Assembly: GCF_000328665.1 (NCBI RefSeq)
Contig: NC_019972.1
Coordinates: forward strand, 1 to 64,000
DNA from: Methanomethylovorans hollandica DSM 15978
GTDB taxonomy: Archaea; Halobacteriota; Methanosarcinia; Methanosarcinales; Methanosarcinaceae
DNA length: 64,000 nucleotides
Direction of reading: 5' to 3'
Of the stretch, positions 61,117-64,000 are shown piece after piece; position 1 is the stretch's first letter, and each line of letters begins with the position of its first letter. Both the position numbers and the translations under genes were made by a program. The notes beneath the pieces are model-generated. The model ran no database searches. It had not been told where the DNA came from and saw only the letters and a list, made by a program, of their open reading frames with translations.

Positions 61117-61608
61117 ATGTTTCAGAAAAAGAGCCGTTATATATTCAGTGATTATACTCCAACAATAGATGCATTATTAAGTGTCACAATGCTATCTATA
61201 ATTGCAATAGCAGTATTGTCTGTTCCATCTCCAGACTCTTATATGCAAGATGTTCGAGTCGATATACTTACAGTCCAGGCTCGACAAATCGCTGTACCAA
61301 CAACAATTGCACTATGGCCTGATCTTGGTGTCAATTATGAAATTGGGAAATATGAATCAACTTCAATTTCAGGCTATCAAAATAACTTTGAAAACACTGT
61401 CCAAGAAGAAACAATGTCTTTTTTGACGGATACAATCGAGATGAACACACTAACTGCTCACCAGTACCAGATATTCCTAACTATGGAAGGGAGAAGAGAA
61501 CCAGATTCTTCTCTTGCAACGTGTAATGGGAATTATGGCATGAGTTGGATAAACCATGCAACATGTGATCCTGATGAACCATTGTCATATGTTATTATAA
61601 AACACTGA
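61117..61608 (+). CDS. pilin-like protein (MFQKKS...)
   Basis: MFxxK leader and TIDALLSV hydrophobic helix. Confidence 0.6.
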   Translation: MFQKKSRYIFSDYTPTIDALLSVTMLSIIAIAVLSVPSPDSYMQDVRVDILTVQARQIAVPTTIALWPDLGVNYEIGKYESTSISGYQNNFENTVQEETMSFLTDTIEMNTLTAHQYQIFLTMEGRREPDSSLATCNGNYGMSWINHATCDPDEPLSYVIIKH

Positions 61609-61623
61609 TATGAGGTAGAAAAT

Positions 61624-64000
61624 ATGTCCGAAAACAATTCAATAATCTATTCTCCAATTCCTCGCAATCTTTTGGATATAGAACAGATAAAAAAGACTCC
61701 ATGTCAATTTATTATGCCTACGGATATTGTCCAAGGAGAAAAAGTTGAAACAATAGAGGTCACATGTGAAATGTGTCCTAAAACAAAGTGCGGACTAGAA
61801 GAATTAGCTTGTGCTCACTTCATTTCGAAGGAACTGAGTACAAACTCTAGTTTTAGGTCTTTGGTAATTCGTGGGAAGAAGGAACAAAGATCATATCATA
61901 GTGACCAGATGAAAAGGATATATGAATTGGTAAAGATCTACAAGAAAATAAAAATTGAGCCAGTTCAAGAATCAACGAGTATTTCCTGTCAGGTTTGCTA
62001 TGAATTTCTGGATAAATTATTTATTACACTGAAAACGATGATTATTTCCGATCCCGGTGTACTTTATAAGAATAGAGAGTTCTATAAAGCATTTGCAGGA
62101 GACCTCTGCCCTTCATGTTCAGTTCCATTAATGGATTTTATTACATTGGTCGAAAGAGAATTTCCTGTTAATTATCCTGAGTGGAGTCAGTTTGTAGATG
62201 CAACAACTGATTATAAAATCGAATACTATGTTCCAATAATTGAAAGTAAAAGAAGCGATTATACTCACTTAACGGACTCTAATCATCTAATCACGATATC
62301 CGAAAGAAATGTAAATGGCTATACTATTAGAATAGCACAAGATCCCTTTTCTGTTGGAAAAACCGATATACCCGATTTAGATGATATGTTCCCAGTATCA
62401 GGTACAGACTTCATACGTAGGCAAAAAGTATATGCAATTTCGATGGAGTTGCCAGACCATGTTAATCAGATAATATCAAAGTTACAGAGTTTTATTGTAA
62501 ATGATCCAGACACAAAACGTGTTTGGAATTACATGATCCGTTCAACTGCAGCGAGAAATTTTATCAAATCAAAAGTTAGACAATCGATTTCATCTGTTAT
62601 TAATGAACTTGGAATTGATGAAAATCTGATTACTAAGGAAGAAAAAGAAATAATTGAAAGCAAAATAGTTGAACTAACTGTTGGATGGGGAATATGGGAG
62701 ATATTCCTAAGTGATGATAACGTAAATGAGATATTTGCTGTATCTGGGCGGCATGTAGTAGTGGAAACATATCAGGACGGCAAGTGCAGAACAAACATGG
62801 TTCCATCTGAAGAAGAATTCAATAGATTCATTCGGATGTTAACTGTGAATGTCAGGGAAGCTGACTTCTGGAATAGGGTTCTTGAGGTTGTAATTGATCC
62901 TGAAAAAGATGATATACACTTTGGAAAGATGCGTCTAACACTTTTCAAAAAGCCATTAGTTGAAAACCATGCGTTTATTATTAGAAAACATCGTCATATG
63001 CAACTAAGTGGTTCAGAGCTCATATTATTTGGGACAATGTCTCCTGCAATGTTAGCATATTGTACAATGATGAAAAGGCGAAACAAATGCAATATGATTT
63101 ATGTAGGCGATGTTGGATCTGGAAAGACTACTGTCCAATTGATTGTAGATACCAAGGTTCCTAAAGATAGTACTCTGATTACTATTGGTGATATTGTTGA
63201 ATTGGATATGGGTGGATCTGGTTTCCAAAATCTTACTTTATATGCAGATCGACCAGGTGAAGAGAAGATCGGGCAGTCCCGGTCAACTCTTATTGCGAAA
63301 GCTCTACGTACTAAGAGCGATGCAGACCAAATAACAGAGGTATTGTCGCCAGATGATACACATGCATGGGTTCATACATGGGTTGCTGGTAAAGCAGGAA
63401 GTGTAACTTATCATGCAGCTAACATTGAAAAAATGCTAGTTCGCTGTGGAGACGAACTTAGAAGTACAGGAACACTTGATCCATCGACGAAAATGTACAT
63501 TTTCCAGACCGTTATTGCATCAAGGCGTATTCTTTCAACAGAAGGATATAAGTATAGAGTGGTTGCGGTTGAGTGGGTGATTGACAAAAAGGATCCATCC
63601 ACTAATCTTCCTCTAACATTGGATTTGTTTAAATGGGATAGTGATCATGATATCCATAGATTCAATGCTGAAAACTTCAAGGAGATTTATAATTCATATA
63701 AATTTAAGGAAATACTCTACAGTGTTGATACGGTGAAACATTGGGAACTACCATCTGAAATGGAAGTATATGAGAAATTATGGCTATCTCTTCTGAATTG
63801 TATTAATATTTACAAAGAATTCGGATTATTTGGACACATTGCAAAAGGACAAATCCCACATTTCCAGCGTGAAATTGAACTATTCAGCGATATATTTGAT
63901 GCTCAAGTGGATATGTATAGAACCAGAAAGACTACTGACTGGAACCAATTACTATTACTGGGTAAGAGAAAAATTTATTCAGGCCTATTAGAGACAATTA
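61624..64000 (+). CDS. VirB11/TadA/FlaI-type secretion ATPase, truncated by the window end (absent from the ORF track)
   Basis: Frame from ATG 61624 after GAGG RBS; Cys-rich N-terminus, FLSDDNVNEI, IIRKH, Walker A VGDVGSGKTT (about 63103-63132), IGDIVEL, ALR, TYHA. Confidence 0.88.
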   Translation, partial: MSENNSIIYSPIPRNLLDIEQIKKTPCQFIMPTDIVQGEKVETIEVTCEMCPKTKCGLEELACAHFISKELSTNSSFRSLVIRGKKEQRSYHSDQMKRIYELVKIYKKIKIEPVQESTSISCQVCYEFLDKLFITLKTMIISDPGVLYKNREFYKAFAGDLCPSCSVPLMDFITLVEREFPVNYPEWSQFVDATTDYKIEYYVPIIESKRSDYTHLTDSNHLITISERNVNGYTIRIAQDPFSVGKTDIPDLDDMFPVSGTDFIRRQKVYAISMELPDHVNQIISKLQSFIVNDPDTKRVWNYMIRSTAARNFIKSKVRQSISSVINELGIDENLITKEEKEIIESKIVELTVGWGIWEIFLSDDNVNEIFAVSGRHVVVETYQDGKCRTNMVPSEEEFNRFIRMLTVNVREADFWNRVLEVVIDPEKDDIHFGKMRLTLFKKPLVENHAFIIRKHRHMQLSGSELILFGTMSPAMLAYCTMMKRRNKCNMIYVGDVGSGKTTVQLIVDTKVPKDSTLITIGDIVELDMGGSGFQNLTLYADRPGEEKIGQSRSTLIAKALRTKSDADQITEVLSPDDTHAWVHTWVAGKAGSVTYHAANIEKMLVRCGDELRSTGTLDPSTKMYIFQTVIASRRILSTEGYKYRVVAVEWVIDKKDPSTNLPLTLDLFKWDSDHDIHRFNAENFKEIYNSYKFKEILYSVDTVKHWELPSEMEVYEKLWLSLLNCINIYKEFGLFGHIAKGQIPHFQREIELFSDIFDAQVDMYRTRKTTDWNQLLLLGKRKIYSGLLETI

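Noticed and set aside
1094..63602. Numerous short antisense or nested ORFs in the track
   Set aside because: They lie inside longer motif-bearing genes and lack RBSs or recognisable features.

Overview
AT-rich archaeal DNA that looks like the start of a large plasmid or other extrachromosomal element. Methanosarcinales affinity is inferred from GGTGA-type RBSs, TATA boxes, and the NrdD and IS5 types; no database search was run. Layout: (1) 0.3-2.6 kb: cdc6/orc1 followed by 8 x 124-bp tandem repeats, the probable origin. (2) 2.6-16.3 kb: an all-minus-strand accessory block (Hel308, RPA and partner, macrodomain, SLOG, RNase HIII, two DUF4313-like paralogs, small ORFs). Most units in it are preceded by a shared AAAAAG(R)CAAACA motif. 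It is interrupted by two TnpB-only IS200/IS605 elements and a 59-bp derivative, and it contains an array of RNA hairpins punctuated by four tRNA acceptor+T-arm minihelices. (3) 16.3-19.5 kb: a non-coding tract holding a ~290-nt structured RNA candidate with two covarying UUCG domains. (4) 19.5-27.1 kb: a large orphan, nrdD, mcm and a second cdc6. (5) 27.3-64 kb: a Tad/type IV pilus-like and putative DNA-transfer region with about 11 MFxxK-leader pilin-like paralogs, an A24 peptidase, ParA/MinD, a TadC-like membrane protein, a HerA/VirB4-like ATPase and a VirB11/TadA ATPase that runs off the window. This region also holds PriS/PriL, a degenerate type IA topoisomerase and an IS5. The most novel signals are the tRNA-minihelix-punctuated RNA array, the 18.1-kb structured RNA, the shared upstream motif and the non-canonical pilin family.
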